Below, one piece after another: positions 33,862 through 46,349 of a stretch of 51,774 nt of DNA. Location of the stretch: contig ML002273.1 in NCBI GenBank assembly GCA_003614675.1, positions 1 through 51,774 on the forward strand, in the 5' to 3' direction. The stretch comes from Dimargaris cristalligena (lineage: Eukaryota). The notes beneath the pieces were generated by a model, which saw nothing but the letters and a program-made list of their open reading frames with translations, was not told the origin of the DNA and did not search any database. Position 1 is the first letter of the stretch; each line of letters begins with the position of its first letter. A program made the position numbers and the translations under genes.

Positions 33862-34485
33862 ATGTCGTCAGTCCTATTCGCTAAACAAGCCGCCTCGCTG
33901 GCTGTCGGCCGTCAGCTGCTACCGCGTTTGATCGCCACCGGCCCGACCCTCCATTCCGCAGCTTCAACTACCCCTCCTAGCCCCCAAACCCAAACTCAGA
34001 CCCAAACCGACCCTGCAACTGACCTGACTTGGGACCAGTTTTTTAAAATGCGCCGCAACCGTCGCCTGGTGGAGCGCATGGCCATCGTACCCTCGACCCT
34101 ATCTACTCTGTCCATCGGGGGCCTCTACTTCTTGGACCAGGAAATCGACCCCACGGCCATGATCTTTGGCTTCGACCCCATCCTGGTTTACGGCATCGGC
34201 ATGGTGGGCTGCGGTTTGGCCGGCTTCCTCCTCGGCCCGGTGTTTGGCGGGGGGCTCTGGAAACTCTCGCACCGCCAGTGGTCTAAGCGCATGGAATCCA
34301 AGGATGTTGAATTCTACAAGCATATCGTACAGAACCGGGCTGACCCTTCGCAGCACTCGTTCCGTAACCCTATCCCCGATTTCTACGGCGAGAAAATCAA
34401 CTCGTTGGCGGATTATCGGAAATGGCTGCGCAAGCAGCGCGCCCACCAGCAAAAGGCCCAGTTCCATCTCGGTAGTGAGTCTTAG
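33862..34485 (+). CDS. PAM17: Mitochondrial import motor subunit PAM17
   Basis: LTWDQFFKMRRNRR, IFGFDP...GFLLGP, EFYKHIVQNRADPS.HSFRNPIPDFYGEKINSLADYRKWLRKQRA. Presequence-like N-terminus from ATG 33862. Confidence 0.93.
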   Translation: MSSVLFAKQAASLAVGRQLLPRLIATGPTLHSAASTTPPSPQTQTQTQTDPATDLTWDQFFKMRRNRRLVERMAIVPSTLSTLSIGGLYFLDQEIDPTAMIFGFDPILVYGIGMVGCGLAGFLLGPVFGGGLWKLSHRQWSKRMESKDVEFYKHIVQNRADPSQHSFRNPIPDFYGEKINSLADYRKWLRKQRAHQQKAQFHLGSES

Positions 34486-34894
34486 AGTCCCCGCCTTCCG
34501 GGATTACTTCCCCCTTCACCCATAAATTAGGAGGAGACGAGTTTAAATATTTACCTGTGTTGTTGCCCATAGTATCCTTCCCTTTGCTCATTTATGTTCC
34601 ATCGGTACCTCCGTCCTTGACCTTGTTTCAAAACCAAGGCCCATTTGAATATATTTTTCGTTAGTTAACCTACACCCAATCACTTTATCAAAACCTTCCC
34701 CAAGGACACACTTCTCCATGTCTATCCGTACTATAATATACAAGTTTAATACCAACCACTGGACTTAGCGACAATTTAGTATTATTGGGGAGTGCGTTGG
34801 CACACACGTTGATTTAAACCGTTCACATTGAAATGATGGTGCAGGGGGTTCGGTGTGGGGGTCTCACTAAACGGAGCGACACTATAGACAGGCC

Positions 34895-35551
34895 TCAGTA
34901 ACGGGCGGCATATTGCTCACGGTAGACCTCCATGTCGGTCAGCAGGTGGGAGTACTGCTCGTTGGTACCGAGGTACATCATAATCTTGTCGAGGGTAATC
35001 ACGGCTTTCACGGGGATGCCAAACTCCTGCTCGAACTCTTGAATCGAGGATAGTTCACCACGCCCCTTTTCCTGGCGGTCAATGGCGACCACCACGCCCA
35101 CGGGCTCCGCGCCCAGGGCCTGGATAATCTTGACGCTCTCCCGGATGGCCGTACCGGCGGTGATCACATCGTCCACAATCAATACCTTGCCGCGCAGGGG
35201 GGCCCCGACAATGGTGCCGCCCTCGCCATGGTCCTTGGCCTCCTTGCGGTTGAAGGCGTATGGCAAGTCGCGCTGGAACTGGCTGTACATGGCGATGGCG
35301 GTGCTCGTCACCAGGGGAATGCCCTTATAGGCCGGCCCGAACAGGACGTCGAGCTGGAGTTGGCTGTCTTGGATAGCAGCGGCATAGTACCCACCGAGCT
35401 CACTGAGGGCCGCCCCGGTGTTAAACTCGCCGGCGTTGAAAAAGTAGGGGCTCTGGCGGCCCGACTTGAGAGTGAACTGGCCGAACTTGAGGACCTTATG
35501 GGACATGGCGAACTCGATGAAGCGAGTCTCGTATTCTTTGATGTCGGCCAT
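34895..35551 (-). CDS. URA5: Orotate phosphoribosyltransferase
   Basis: FGQFTLKSGRQSPYFFNAG, FGPAYKGIPL, FNRKEAKDHGEGG, and PRPP motif VLIVDDVITAGTA. Confidence 0.98.
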   Translation of the reverse strand: MADIKEYETRFIEFAMSHKVLKFGQFTLKSGRQSPYFFNAGEFNTGAALSELGGYYAAAIQDSQLQLDVLFGPAYKGIPLVTSTAIAMYSQFQRDLPYAFNRKEAKDHGEGGTIVGAPLRGKVLIVDDVITAGTAIRESVKIIQALGAEPVGVVVAIDRQEKGRGELSSIQEFEQEFGIPVKAVITLDKIMMYLGTNEQYSHLLTDMEVYREQYAARY

Positions 35552-36159
35552 GGCGGTTGAGGGTAGGTGTTGTTAGTAATAAAGAGGTTCAGCTATGCGA
35601 GAAAAGAGGGTAAGCGGGAAATAGACAATAGCGGGGAAGCAAAGAGCCGTAGGAGAGAAACGAGGGGGGTGGTGCTGGACATGCTAACGGAGGCAGTCCC
35701 CCTCTGTTTCGCATACCACTACTACCACTAGCACTAGCTAGCTGGACCGCTTAGGGGTTTCAATGAGCCCTTTCATATATTTATGGTGGCGATATGAAAC
35801 CAGGCCTCCCAGCCAGCCTGGCACTGAGGTGGAATTACACGTGACTGCTATTCCCCACCACTCACTACCACCACCTTCCACATAATTTCCTGCCCGTCAT
35901 GCTATATGCTATACTCTATATAATACCACTCACCACTACCTACTATACCATACTATGGAAAATCACGCGCCAGGCTGGCCCAAGGAAATTGGTTGACAGT
36001 GTGTTAAAGGAATTGCCCTAACCGATACTTGGAAAATAGTCGTTGCCTTTCTCTCTACTGACCTGTTGTGCATGCTTGGCCCTTCTGCCTCTTTCTACGC
36101 TTCCACTAACGAACACCACCCCTCGTACCCCCGACAAACTGCTAGAGAGCTACCCCACC

Positions 36160-37861
36160 ATGGCGTCCACCTCCAATACTAGTACTAGTACTAGTAATAG
36201 TAACAGTAGTGCCTCAGCCTCCGCCCAGCGCCAGCTTCTGAATTCACTCCAGCCGCATTGGAATAGCGGCTCTCAACCGGATATCAGTAAGTCGCTTCAC
36301 GAGAGTTGTTGGTACATACCCCTGCTGTCCGAGACCCTCCAAACTTCTCGACCCGAACTGGCCCTCCACTTACCACCTTTTTAATGCACCTAACCCCTCC
36401 CCAGTTCGTGCCAACCAGAAGGACTTGCACTACCTGCACGTTCTAACCGAACAGTTTAAAAATGTCGCCCAGCAGCATCTCGGTAAGTCGCGTCTATAAT
36501 AGACATCATCTTTTACACCATACTCCTGAACCAGAGTCGGTGATAGAGCCCCGCTAACCCTCCCCGACTGTCTTCGATTGTCCCTTTTAGGCGCCCGGTT
36601 TGTGGCTCTAAATCAAAAACTAATCCGAGCTGGAGCTCAGCTGCTGTATTTTGCAACGACCACTATTCGAGGTAAGTACGATGCCTCCTGGCTCCCGTTC
36701 GCTAATTATACCTTTCTATTTACCGGCCAGCCTTCTTGTATACGGTTCTCCTTGGCCTAGGCCAGTGACACATCCAGTCCAATCTAGCTGATAAGATTCC
36801 CATCGCACCCGTCGTTTCACAAATTATTATTAATGTTATTTGCCATGTTCTCCTTGATTCTTGGTTAATACTCGCGCCGATGGGTTCAGGCTCCCAGACA
36901 CTAGGAGAGGAGTACTGTAGTATCATGCAGTCCAGCGAATTGACCCAAACCTACCCCAGCCTCTTGGTACGTCCCAACTACTCAGATATATATTTTATTA
37001 TTATTATTTAGTATTAGGCCTCATCAATCCCAATCTTATTCTTAATCATCTCATTACCAGAGTGTATTATCTATTTTGGCCTAACCGAGGTTCTCGTCAA
37101 GGCGGTCTGCTTAATACCCAACTGCGTGCCATTGGCCATCTATACCAACCCTCCTCGTCTTAACCAACATCCTAAATCACATGATATTTTTTAACTTGTC
37201 CGCCGGGCTCATCCCAGCGACGAACGGCCCTAGTAGCTATCCATACCCTGGGCCCGGATTTATTAAACCGCTCCATCCAACGTTGGCGCCAAAGGGGATC
37301 GACTAACAAGTCTTTCCGAACACTGGGTAAGTCTTGGCTGTGCTTCCACTAGGGCTTTATTCCTTCACGATTGCCCCCCGTCTTGGTCACATAGCTGCAC
37401 TGGCAACTGACCGGCCCCTCATTAGCCGTCCATTTTTCGACTAATCAGCCCCAACGAACCCCCACTGAACCGGGCGACACGCGGGTTTATACCATCCACA
37501 TGTGCTTCTTATTTATCCAACAACTCACAGACGAAAAAAGTTCAGACCGATTGGGAGCAGGAATAAGTGACCGGTTGAGTCGATTCCTGGACATCTTAAC
37601 AGCCCCCCAGGTGCGCGCGGCGCTCATAGATAATTTCACCATTATCCACTTGATGATTTTTTACTTCGCGGGATCCTACTACCATCTGTCTAAGCGCTTA
37701 TTGGGCATTCGCTATGTAAGTTTGGTTCCGACCGCACCAACCAACTAGATTCCTTTTCTCAGCCTGGAAACCTGCACTATAGGAGGCCCTCCAATGAATG
37801 TAAACGTCCACTAAGAATTTAACTCGGCCTCGCTTGGGAATACATTATTCACGGCATTTGG

Positions 37862-37901
<40 letters not shown>

Positions 37902-38659
37902 CATTACCCCCCATCTTCGCATGATGTATTTTTAGATTACCACCCGGAAAATCAGCCCCAATGAAATTCGTGTCGGCTACGAAATTCTTGGTCTGCTTCT
38001 TCTTATCCAATTAGCCGTTAAACTGGGGTTCGCAATCAAAGACGCCGTGGCCGAAAAGTCCCAGGAAGAAACCTCTTCCCATAGGTAATAATGCTCACCC
38101 TTGTCTTGTGCGACAGAGAACGGTTTAAGTGGCGAGGATATTATCCTACTGAAATAGGGAGGGGCCTAAAACTTGCCCTGTTGTCCACCTGGCTTCCCCT
38201 CAATCGAATATCCGCTAATTCATGATTTTCTCCACAAATCTTCCCCATCTGCATAGTCACGAAGACCCAAAAGCCTCCTGGTCGGATCTCACCCAAGGAC
38301 CCGACTCCACCAGCTCCCCCGCGACCACCACGGAAAAATGTATGCTGTGCCTCTCCACTCGAACTGAAACGGCCGCCACCTTATGTGGACATCTCTTCTG
38401 CTGGACCTGCATTTTTGAGTGGTGCAACAACAAGGTAACCTTACACCCCCTCTCCATATCCAGGTTAACCCGTGTCGTGTCTATTGGGTCGTTCTCCTTT
38501 TAGAACCCGACTAGTAAAACTAATGGCTCTTTACCCGGTTTCTGGACTGTCCTGCCGCGCCTCTTACCATCCCTCCTCCCTATTTTTCTGTAGCGCGAAT
38601 GCCCCCTCTGTCGACAGACCGTCGATATCACCAAAATCGTGCGAGTTTACAACTATTAG
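36160..38659 (+). CDS. PEX10: Peroxin PEX10 RING E3 ligase; 9 exons: 36160-36286, 36405-36482, 36591-36671, 36890-36966, 37218-37326, 37531-37715, 37936-38084, 38257-38434, 38594-38659
   Basis: The spliced product contains PDIIRANQKD, TTIRGSQTLGEEYC, HLMIFYFAGSYYHLSKRLLGIRY, GYEILGLLL and the C3HC4 RING CMLCL...CGHLFCWTCIFEW...ECPLCRQ. All introns are GT-AG with consistent phases. Confidence 0.93.
37865..37900. repeat. (TTA)12 microsatellite in PEX10 intron 6
   Basis: Perfect trinucleotide run. Confidence 0.95.
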
Positions 38660-39632
38660 GTCTCGAACCCAAGGGCCGTCTTTCTTGTCGCCTCAAGACT
38701 GTGCCGTGGGAGAGAAACACCCAGGCTCACCCTATAATGACATCAATGGCGATGAACCGTAATTAACTGTAATCTGATTAGCCAGTCGGCTGGTTCCTCC
38801 CCCTATCCCATGGCCTTTCCACGCACTGCGCGTTGACCGATATTAATGTACAATAAATGGATTTAAACACAGCCTTTCTATAGGAGATGTATAGACACGA
38901 GTCATGTATGTGCGAGCGGGAGTAATAATAAATCAGGGGCAATGGCAGCTCGTGTGCAATAGGGTATTGAGCCAAAGGAAGATTAACATTTACCGTCTGT
39001 CTATAATGATGTCATTGCAATACTTATTTATTAGTTTGGAGTTCCCCACCCATTAGGAGTTGGACGAGGCCTAGTAATTAATTTGTAAGCACGTAAATGA
39101 CTACATGATGTCCAGTCACCAGGATCCTCTCCATTGGGGTAAACTCATTCAATGACAATCCCTTTCTTCTTAAAACTATATGGAAACTAGATTTGATTGG
39201 CATAAACTTTTCGCCGGAGAATTCGCTATGTATAGAGATAATAGATTAATGGTATACGCACTTATTTAGGCAAAGCCATCGGATAAGTAATGATAGTAAA
39301 TACAATATGTTTTGAACTGCACAGTGTGGTGTCAGATAGAAATAACAGCAAATGGTAATCAGACAGTAGATCGTCGGCGATTAGGGTGGGGCCCCTCACC
39401 CCCATCCGAACTAGTCGGAGGGTACCCCACTCGCAGTGATACTACCCACCAACGAGTGAGTGCCGAAGGGGTATCGATAAAACATGATAAAGCAAGATGA
39501 ACTGGAAGTACACCGGAAAAAAAAAGTAAATCGACCCTGGCCTCCTGTAAACATGCGGAGGGTGACTATAAATTGTAATGAGAGCGGGACCAGCAGGGGG
39601 GGGAGAGTCGACTCATGACGATAGTTACATCA

Positions 39633-41855
39633 TTAGAAACCCATCATGTTGGCTGCAATCAACCCAGTGGACGCGGCAGCGACATTATCGGCCATTTGGT
39701 TGTGGGCCTGGTTGCCCATACCGCTAGTGGAAGGTACGCCACCCGCGGGTTGGCGGTCATACATGGTCGAGCCACTCCGGTGCAGAGTGTCGTCATCTTC
39801 GGTATTAGAGCGGTGGGGCCGAGGGGGTTCGTACGAACCACCATGGCCGTTGTGAGACGAGGGGAAGTCGCCCGGCAGATCATCGTAGCGTGGGGGGGGG
39901 CTATTAAACTGCACAGGTTGTACGAGTCCGTGGCACTTGATGTTCAGTTCAATCATAGCGTTGCGCAGGCACATCATGAACTTATTACGTCCCTCGGCGC
40001 GCGGGCCGCCGTTCTGCCAGTTAGACTTGTAATTCAACGAAAGGTTGACCACCAGCTTATTGGCGTCCAAGATATTATCCAGGGAGAAGCCAACCCCAGG
40101 GACAAAAATACGAGGGTATTGGTCCAGCAATTGGTTCAGGCGATCTTTAAGTTGGTACAGTTTGGCTTCGGGGGTGTAGAAGTCGAAATTCATGACGACG
40201 GTCTCATTTTGAGGGGGAGAGCGCCGCAGATTGTTGATGAACAGGCCGAGCAAGGTGATGTTGGGTGCGCACACATATTGCCCATCACCACGGGTGAAAA
40301 CTGTACTCAGGACTCGCACTTTGGCAACGGTCATGGTGACCCCGTTGACCACCACCTGGTCGCCTGCGTCGTAGGGGTGGGTAATGAAGAGGAAAATAAG
40401 GCACTCGAACATATTCTTGAGAGTACCCCCGAAGATAAAGGACCAGGCCACGAACAAGGTGCCAAAGGAGACGAGGCTGGCGGCGGGGCTCTGCCCGAAA
40501 ACCATGGAACAGAAAATGGCAATAAGGACCACAGAGATGACCACGAGAATCTTGTCCAGCTTGCCGACAATTTGGGACATATCCCGCAGCGACGCATTCA
40601 AAGCGCGGCGTTCCTTGTAGGTGGCGATGATGCGGTCGCGCATCTCCTTCTTGGTGACGTCGCCGTTGCCGTCCTTGTCGAATAGAGCAAAGGCCTTTTG
40701 GGCGTCCTTCTGGGTATTGAAGTAGGGGATAAAGTCGCGCATAGTGAGGTAGTCACGGGTGCCCTGCAGAGCATCGAAGAGCTTGTTTGCCAACTTACGG
40801 GCGCGGGAGTTGGAGTTGATATCCACGTCGGCGTTAACGGCCTGCTTACCAACATTCTTAACGGTGTTGGCAATCATATTGAAGGGCTGGATAAGACCGG
40901 GGGCGGACTTGGGCTCGTCCCCGTTGGGATTGGCCGAGCTACCAGCGCGCGACCGGTTACCGGAACCAGGATTGAAGAAGTCGGCGGTGGAACCCTGGTT
41001 ATTGCGGCGGGCCCAGGCGAATGGGGTGGCGAAAGTGGCGGCTTCCTGGCCCTGGCGACGGGCGCCGTCCAGAGTATCGATAACCCACAGGCCGTACTTA
41101 AGGTCCCGGAGGCGCTCCTTATAGGCGGTACGGTGGAAGCGGGTAGCAATCATTTGCAAGAGCACCTTTTCGATGAACAGCACGGCACTGGCGATGAAAA
41201 TACAGGCAATGACATTGAAAACGTCGACGCACCATTTTTCGGGGTTATTTTCCATGGTGGGTCGGGCGTTGGGAAACACGATGGAAAAGCATATCAGGGC
41301 CACCATGGCGGTGAGGGTAATTTTGGTGTACATACTGGCGGCCGAGAAGTACTCGAGGTTGTTGCGAACCTTTTCAGAGCAGTGGCCGGTCAGTGCTTTG
41401 GCCAAGCTGACTACCAGGGAGGGAATACTCACCACCAGGTGGAAAATCAAAACACCAAACACCCAAACAAGGGTACACCACAGGAACCAGCGAACCACGG
41501 TGATTTCCTCATAGAATTCGGCGGTGGGGTCGCTCAGACTAAGCTTGATTCTGTCCCTGCCGTTTAGGACGCCAACCACGATGGCGGGAGTGGCCAGCAC
41601 CCCCCCTACCGTAACGATAAGAACAAAAGCACGCAGTAAAGGGTGAAGACGCCACCAGGCGCGGGTACTACCGACACTTGTCTTGACATCAGCCTCGGTC
41701 CGATCGTCGTCAGCCACCTCGGAGCAATGGTCCTCCTCGTCGGAGGTGTCGGCCTGGTGGTTAAACTCTTTGTTGTGGGAGTGTTCCGTTAATTCGATAA
41801 CGGAGTCGGACGGGTGGGGGCCAAAACCCTTCTTGTCCGGATTCTGGGACAGCAT
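39633..41855 (-). CDS. MscS-like mechanosensitive channel with EF-hand (Msy1/Msy2 type)
   Basis: EKVLLQMIATRFHRTAYKERL, EF-hand AFALFDKDGNGDVTKKEM, and MscS signature FLFITHPYDAGDQV...PNITL...INNLRRS. Confidence 0.93.
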   Translation of the reverse strand: MLSQNPDKKGFGPHPSDSVIELTEHSHNKEFNHQADTSDEEDHCSEVADDDRTEADVKTSVGSTRAWWRLHPLLRAFVLIVTVGGVLATPAIVVGVLNGRDRIKLSLSDPTAEFYEEITVVRWFLWCTLVWVFGVLIFHLVVSIPSLVVSLAKALTGHCSEKVRNNLEYFSAASMYTKITLTAMVALICFSIVFPNARPTMENNPEKWCVDVFNVIACIFIASAVLFIEKVLLQMIATRFHRTAYKERLRDLKYGLWVIDTLDGARRQGQEAATFATPFAWARRNNQGSTADFFNPGSGNRSRAGSSANPNGDEPKSAPGLIQPFNMIANTVKNVGKQAVNADVDINSNSRARKLANKLFDALQGTRDYLTMRDFIPYFNTQKDAQKAFALFDKDGNGDVTKKEMRDRIIATYKERRALNASLRDMSQIVGKLDKILVVISVVLIAIFCSMVFGQSPAASLVSFGTLFVAWSFIFGGTLKNMFECLIFLFITHPYDAGDQVVVNGVTMTVAKVRVLSTVFTRGDGQYVCAPNITLLGLFINNLRRSPPQNETVVMNFDFYTPEAKLYQLKDRLNQLLDQYPRIFVPGVGFSLDNILDANKLVVNLSLNYKSNWQNGGPRAEGRNKFMMCLRNAMIELNIKCHGLVQPVQFNSPPPRYDDLPGDFPSSHNGHGGSYEPPRPHRSNTEDDDTLHRSGSTMYDRQPAGGVPSTSGMGNQAHNQMADNVAAASTGLIAANMMGF

Positions 41856-44478
41856 AGCTCAAGTAGCGTGGGTAGAAAATGTGCAGGGGTTTAGCACCTC
41901 AAAAAATAAGAATAGAGAGGGCAAAGGGGGCGGGCAGGTTTTCAACAATAAAGCGCCTCCGGAGCCAGGGGGTGGGTGTATAGTAGAAATACGGGCAGCT
42001 ACGGCTGTAAATGAAAATGAAAAAAGAACAGAGGCGGTAGAGAGTACTCGGCAGGAACAATAATTGATAACCGCCCACTTGCAAAGGGACAGAGAGTGTG
42101 GTAAGTGGATAAGGGAGGCCAGCAAGTATGAATATAAGGGAAACGCAGCCTGCAGTCAAGCGGGGGCAATACTAAATGGAAAGGGAGGAAAGCAAGGGAA
42201 GAGTGGTCCCGGAACGGTTCGTGGATTACAGAGTACGGGTACCAGATAAGAAAGAACGGGATATATATATATGCATAAATGTAAGCAATAGAGAGGACCT
42301 TAAATAGCGGCGGGAGTGGCCGGTTGTTAGTGGAATACAATAGCCTTGGGGACCAGGGCGGAAGATCTAGCCGGGCATTTATAGGGCAGTGGGGTGCATA
42401 TAGACGGCCGGGAACGAGGCGGAGCGTATATGCGCATTGAGGGGGTGGCTGTTGGGTTTTACAGATGACGATCCTTTTTTCTCATCCGAACCACACCAAA
42501 CGACTAGACTAGGGGGCGATGTTGTGGTGATTGGCAGCTGGGCTGGGGGGATTACTGGTTGGTGGGCTCCCAAAACCGCGCCCATTGATTGGCCGGCCTA
42601 GGTAATGCAAGTTCGTTAAGAACGGCAGCACAGATGTGTTTCACTGTGCTCCCGTTCCCGCCGCTGCGTTTGCTCGATGAGGAAAAAGGAAGAGACAGTG
42701 ATGAGCCGCTCAGGTTTATCAATCGGCATCGCTCGCCCAAGCGACAGCGACTGACGTGAATGTCGGGGTGTGTGGGTGTCGCCTTTAATCGACTTTGAAC
42801 TTCCGGCGTTCGCTCCAGGCACGGGTGCCCAACCAAAGGGCACTTTCCTTAGGTCGCCGAAGCGAGTTCCCGTAATGGCTCGGGTTATCAGAGGCTAATC
42901 TCTCTTAGTTGAAAAGCGATGGTATCCCTCCCATTCCCCCTGTGCACTATCGGCTGTCTCGGACTTGATTTGGCGAAACTTGGTCGATAATTTAGCGACT
43001 CAGTGAAAGGGGACATGGATGCCAAGACCGCCATCTGGGGTTAAACTGTGAACACTGAAGGGGAAGGGATCCGCACTGCAGTATATTAATAACAAGGAGT
43101 TGCCTCCCATATTCAGTGGTTCCTCTATTCAATCTACCCCTTGGGCTATGGTAAATCATCTTTCCCGCTAGTGATGCCATCTCGGGGTTTGGGCCTCCCA
43201 TGCCTCTTCATCGGCCTGCCAGTTACGACTTGCTTGGGGGTAAATAAAGGCATCCGGGCGTTAAACCCATCATTGCAGTGCACTTTTCAAACACGAATAC
43301 GTCCATTATGCCTAATGGTCCCCATGCGAGTGAACTACGCATATGAAAGCGAAAAAAATCTACAATAATCACAATAGCAGATTAAGCGCCTGCAGGAGTG
43401 TTACTCTCGTTACCATCTATTGTTCATTTCATTAGCGAATCCCTGACGAGAATTGAGCATATATTTTTTTGGTGCAAGTTGTCCGTGGTTACAATACAGG
43501 CCTAGCTGGCTCACAGACCCAAGGGGCGTACTACGCCGCCGTATCACTTGTACTTTCGAGATGACTTGTCTTGGGACTTGGATATTTGACCAGTTTTGCA
43601 CGGGGGGATATATACATTGGGCGGTGGCTGCTGGGTTGTTGTACAACAGAGTTCACCTATTGGTAGTTTATTTAGGGAAATTTGGGTTTTATACTTGCCA
43701 ACATGGGTGGGTAAAAAAAGGCTTCGTAAAATCTGCTCCAGGATAATCCGCACCCCGGCGACCATTCCAAGATGTAACCGCCGGGCAATATTGGAGATAG
43801 ACCCTATGGGACTGACAGTATTCGCTGAGAATGGGGCCGGAGAAATATGCCCATCGAAGTCGCTTCCAGCTTGGGTTGGCTTAGTTCCTCTGTCCATGCT
43901 TCGCCATAGGCATATGCAACGGCTTTGGGTTTGCCTACATCCCAATATCCACAGGCAACAGAGACTAACCGCGCAGGTTGCAAAAGCGGGCTTTGGTTAG
44001 TTAGCGGAAATCGCAAGTATTAGCAAACAAGTCGCCTATAATGGAATGCGAGCGGCTTCTTTGAATAGCCCTAGGCGGCCTGCTGGCACTTTGGCTATTG
44101 GAATTAGCTTTACCTTTGAAGCACTTCCATAATATTTTTAAAATACATTCTCCCATAAAGGCGAAGGCACCTTGGGTCGAATTGCCCGTGTTCTTCTACT
44201 GCACCTGGAAAGCCTTACCAGGAATAAGAGTTCTTTCGAGGGGAGGGGATAGCAAAAAATTACGCCACCTAGAGAAAGATTGGTGCTTTAGCCCAGGGTA
44301 ACCACCAACTCGTCCACTTCAGATGCCTTTCTACCATCCACAGCTGCACTTTCCACATGCGCCCCAGGCCACTCTCACTATCACCATAGCCACTGTTGCT
44401 GAATCGTCTGTATCACTTTCTCACTAATTAAGCTTCTTATTTCCCGCAGGCCCTCTTTGACCGCGTTCTTGCATTACC

Positions 44479-46036
44479 ATGTCGTCCCCTCCACCAGCCG
44501 CCGATCACCTGGACGACTTATTTGGGGGTAGCGAGGGTGAAGACGCCTCTGATACCGGCACACCCCCGCCCGCCCTCTCTCGCAATACCTCCAATCACCA
44601 GCGAGCCGCCGTGAGCGAGTCTGACCAGGATGATTTCGATCTGGGTGCCGGCGCCCTGGGCCCAGAGGCCTCATCCCCGTCCCAGCCGCAGGAAGACGCG
44701 CCGGAAGACTCGCGTCTGGATGATTTGTTTGGTGAGGACTCACTACAGAGTCCCCAGCCAGCCACTGAGGAGTACCCTCTAGACAGTCACGATTACGCCA
44801 ATGCCGAGTCCCCCTTACCCGTACGCATTACCGCCACCCCGATCCCATTCGCTCCCCATAGCGACCATTACATTTCCAAAATCCCCGGGTTCCTGCATTT
44901 CGAACCCCAGCCGTTTGACCCGGACACCTACGAAGAGGAACGAATGGAGGCCTATGACCATCCCGAGGCCCTAAAGCTTAAATTAGACAACACCATTCGT
45001 TGGCGCCAGGTCAAAGACCCCCAATCTTCGGCTCTCCGGGTAAGTTAAGATGCGCCACGGCCCGTATTGCCATACCTAACTGAAACGGCCCCTTTATTAA
45101 CCCCTCGGCTTTGTACTGACACGACCCATCCCACACTATTAACGACAAATTGACATATTCTACCGGTGTGTCCTCCTTGCCGTGTACCCACTTCCCCAAT
45201 CCTAGCCCCAATCCAATGCCCGCTTTGTCAAATGGTCCGATGGATCCATGTCTTTGGTGCTCGGCTCCGAATTCTTTGACGTTATTGTCAAGCCCGTGGA
45301 TAACCCGTACTGCCTATTGACCACCTTGCCCGCTCAAGATGACATTCAGCAGGGCTGTTGTCAAGTATCCCATACCGCTTCTTTCCGTCCGTCGAGTACG
45401 ACCAGTTTGACCCACAAGAAACTGTCCAAATCGATTGCCGATAGACATCGGAAGAAGACCCGTACTAAGCTTTACAACACCACCAAGGACCCCGAATTAC
45501 TTAAGCGCGAACTCGAGGTCCAAGAGAATGAAAGGCTCAAGGCTATAAAGCGGCTGGAGGCCACTCGTGCCCGGAAGGCCCAGAGATACACCACGGACGG
45601 CCTTAACGAAACCTCACTCGAGGCCGAAGAGTATTCCGCCGCCTATGGCGATGATAGGACCCCGGGTGGTCCGTACGGGCGGTCACAGCGCCCATCCCAT
45701 TCAGCTCAGCCCGGACGGGGTCGCAACTCGGGTCGATTCTACCGTGATGACGATGGGTTTGTCGTGGACGATGATGACGATGTTGACGAGGAAGGGGGGG
45801 ATGGCCCTGATTATAACTCCGACCGCGAAGCGGATCGTCTAAGCGATCTCGACGACGTGGAAGCCCGGGGCGAGCAAAGAATTCTCGAGGCTAAGCAGCG
45901 TGGTATGAATCGGTATCGCGAGGCTTCGCCTGTTTCGAGTGAGGGCGAAGAGGCCGAGCATGTGACGAACAGACGGCAACCCAAGCGCAAGACCGCTGTG
46001 TGGAGTGAAGACGAGGATGATTCAGGTGCTGACTAA
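44479..46036 (+). CDS. LEO1: PAF1 complex subunit LEO1; exons 44479-45039, 45206-46036
   Basis: Acidic N-terminus with DDLFG repeats. Leo1 domain KIPGFLHFEPQPFDPDTY...LDNTIRWR|PQSNARFVKWSDGSMSLVLGSEFFD...SFRPSSTTSLTHKKL. A possible 5'UTR intron ends at 44449. Confidence 0.93.
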
Positions 46037-46349
46037 TAGTGGTAATCTGCTCACTTCACTTCCGTTGCTTGTACCTGTTGTTAATGGTTGGTAGGCTCGT
46101 TAAATTTATTTATTTTTGACCGGCTTTATTTTATATTTTGAAATGTATACCTATTTATTGATTCATTATCTAAAGTTCCGGGGGTTTTGAAACGGAGAGA
46201 GTTGTTAGTATGTGCCCATATGTAGTCATGGAGTCGGCTAACGGGTCATGGGCTCAAATGAATGCTAGATAGTCGCCCTGGATATTGCCTGTAACTATTC
46301 CGCCGGTGCGGTCGGGCTAAGCTAACTTCCGGTTCATAGTGAGGAACCT

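Noticed and set aside
39615-41567. 356-aa and 289-aa plus-strand ORFs opposite the MscS gene
   Set aside because: Antisense shadows of the real minus-strand CDS.
43410-44016. Cluster of 70-134 aa ORFs on both strands between MscS and LEO1
   Set aside because: No recognisable motif, start context or consistent splice pattern. It could be very old relic DNA, but I cannot support a call.
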